Source: a virus
Strand: one strand, 5' to 3'
DNA length: 64,000 nt
IMG/VR virus record: IMGVR_UViG_3300027985_001623
Coordinates: 34,504-98,503 of that record
The notes under the pieces were generated by a model. The model saw nothing but the letters and a program-made list of their open reading frames with translations, was not told where the DNA came from and made no database searches. The stretch's first letter is position 1; every line of letters starts with the position of its first letter. A program made the translations under genes and the position numbers. Positions 63,892-64,000 of the stretch are shown in pieces.

Positions 63892-64000
63892 ATGAGCATC
63901 AAAATTCATGTCATTGCAGATTCAGGCCAAGTTTTTCCGCAAACCCCCGTGAGTTCGTGGGGTGCTGCCGAGCAGGTGTGCATTCGCTACGCCCGGCGAT
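63892..64000 (+). CDS. hypothetical protein, truncated by window end
   Basis: GAAAGCAGTTCAGCCT-ATG leader; open to end. Confidence 0.5.
   Translation, partial: MSIKIHVIADSGQVFPQTPVSSWGAAEQVCIRYARR

Noticed and set aside
1-64000. TAG stop-codon reassignment
   Set aside because: Long genes are intact under the standard code and several end at TAG right before the next start (e.g. 10527, 16556).

Overview
A 64-kb segment of a tailed dsDNA phage (myovirus-type contractile tail). 323-34766 (minus strand) is a nearly complete virion module: holin-like pair, tail fibres, baseplate, tape measure, a tail chaperone with a -1 frameshift, tube, sheath, neck, major capsid, scaffold, MuF-like protein, portal and large terminase. 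A ~1.2-kb island (RHH-like gene plus two terminator-ended structured RNA candidates) interrupts it between sheath and tube. 34813-56356 is a dense run of small minus-strand accessory genes with paralogous and shuffled domains, interrupted by a plus-strand island (48531-50291). 56360-58740 is a strand-switch region with G-tract skew, a perfect 34-bp palindrome and direct repeats. 58741-64000 is an array of small genes, most preceded by a copy of one ~90-bp sigma70 promoter/leader repeat. The best candidate for a new system is a terminator-bounded unit at 47366-48352: Acb2/Tad1-like sponge gene, a ~300-nt structured RNA (repeated CCGC-loop pseudoknot-like units, a perfect-SD 3-codon minigene, and a 43-nt CCA-ending tRNA minihelix with no anticodon arm), then an RyR-domain gene, next to four 22-bp-phased repeats. 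No integrase, replication genes, endolysin, CRISPR array or complete tRNA were recognised. All family calls come from motif recognition by eye, not database searches.
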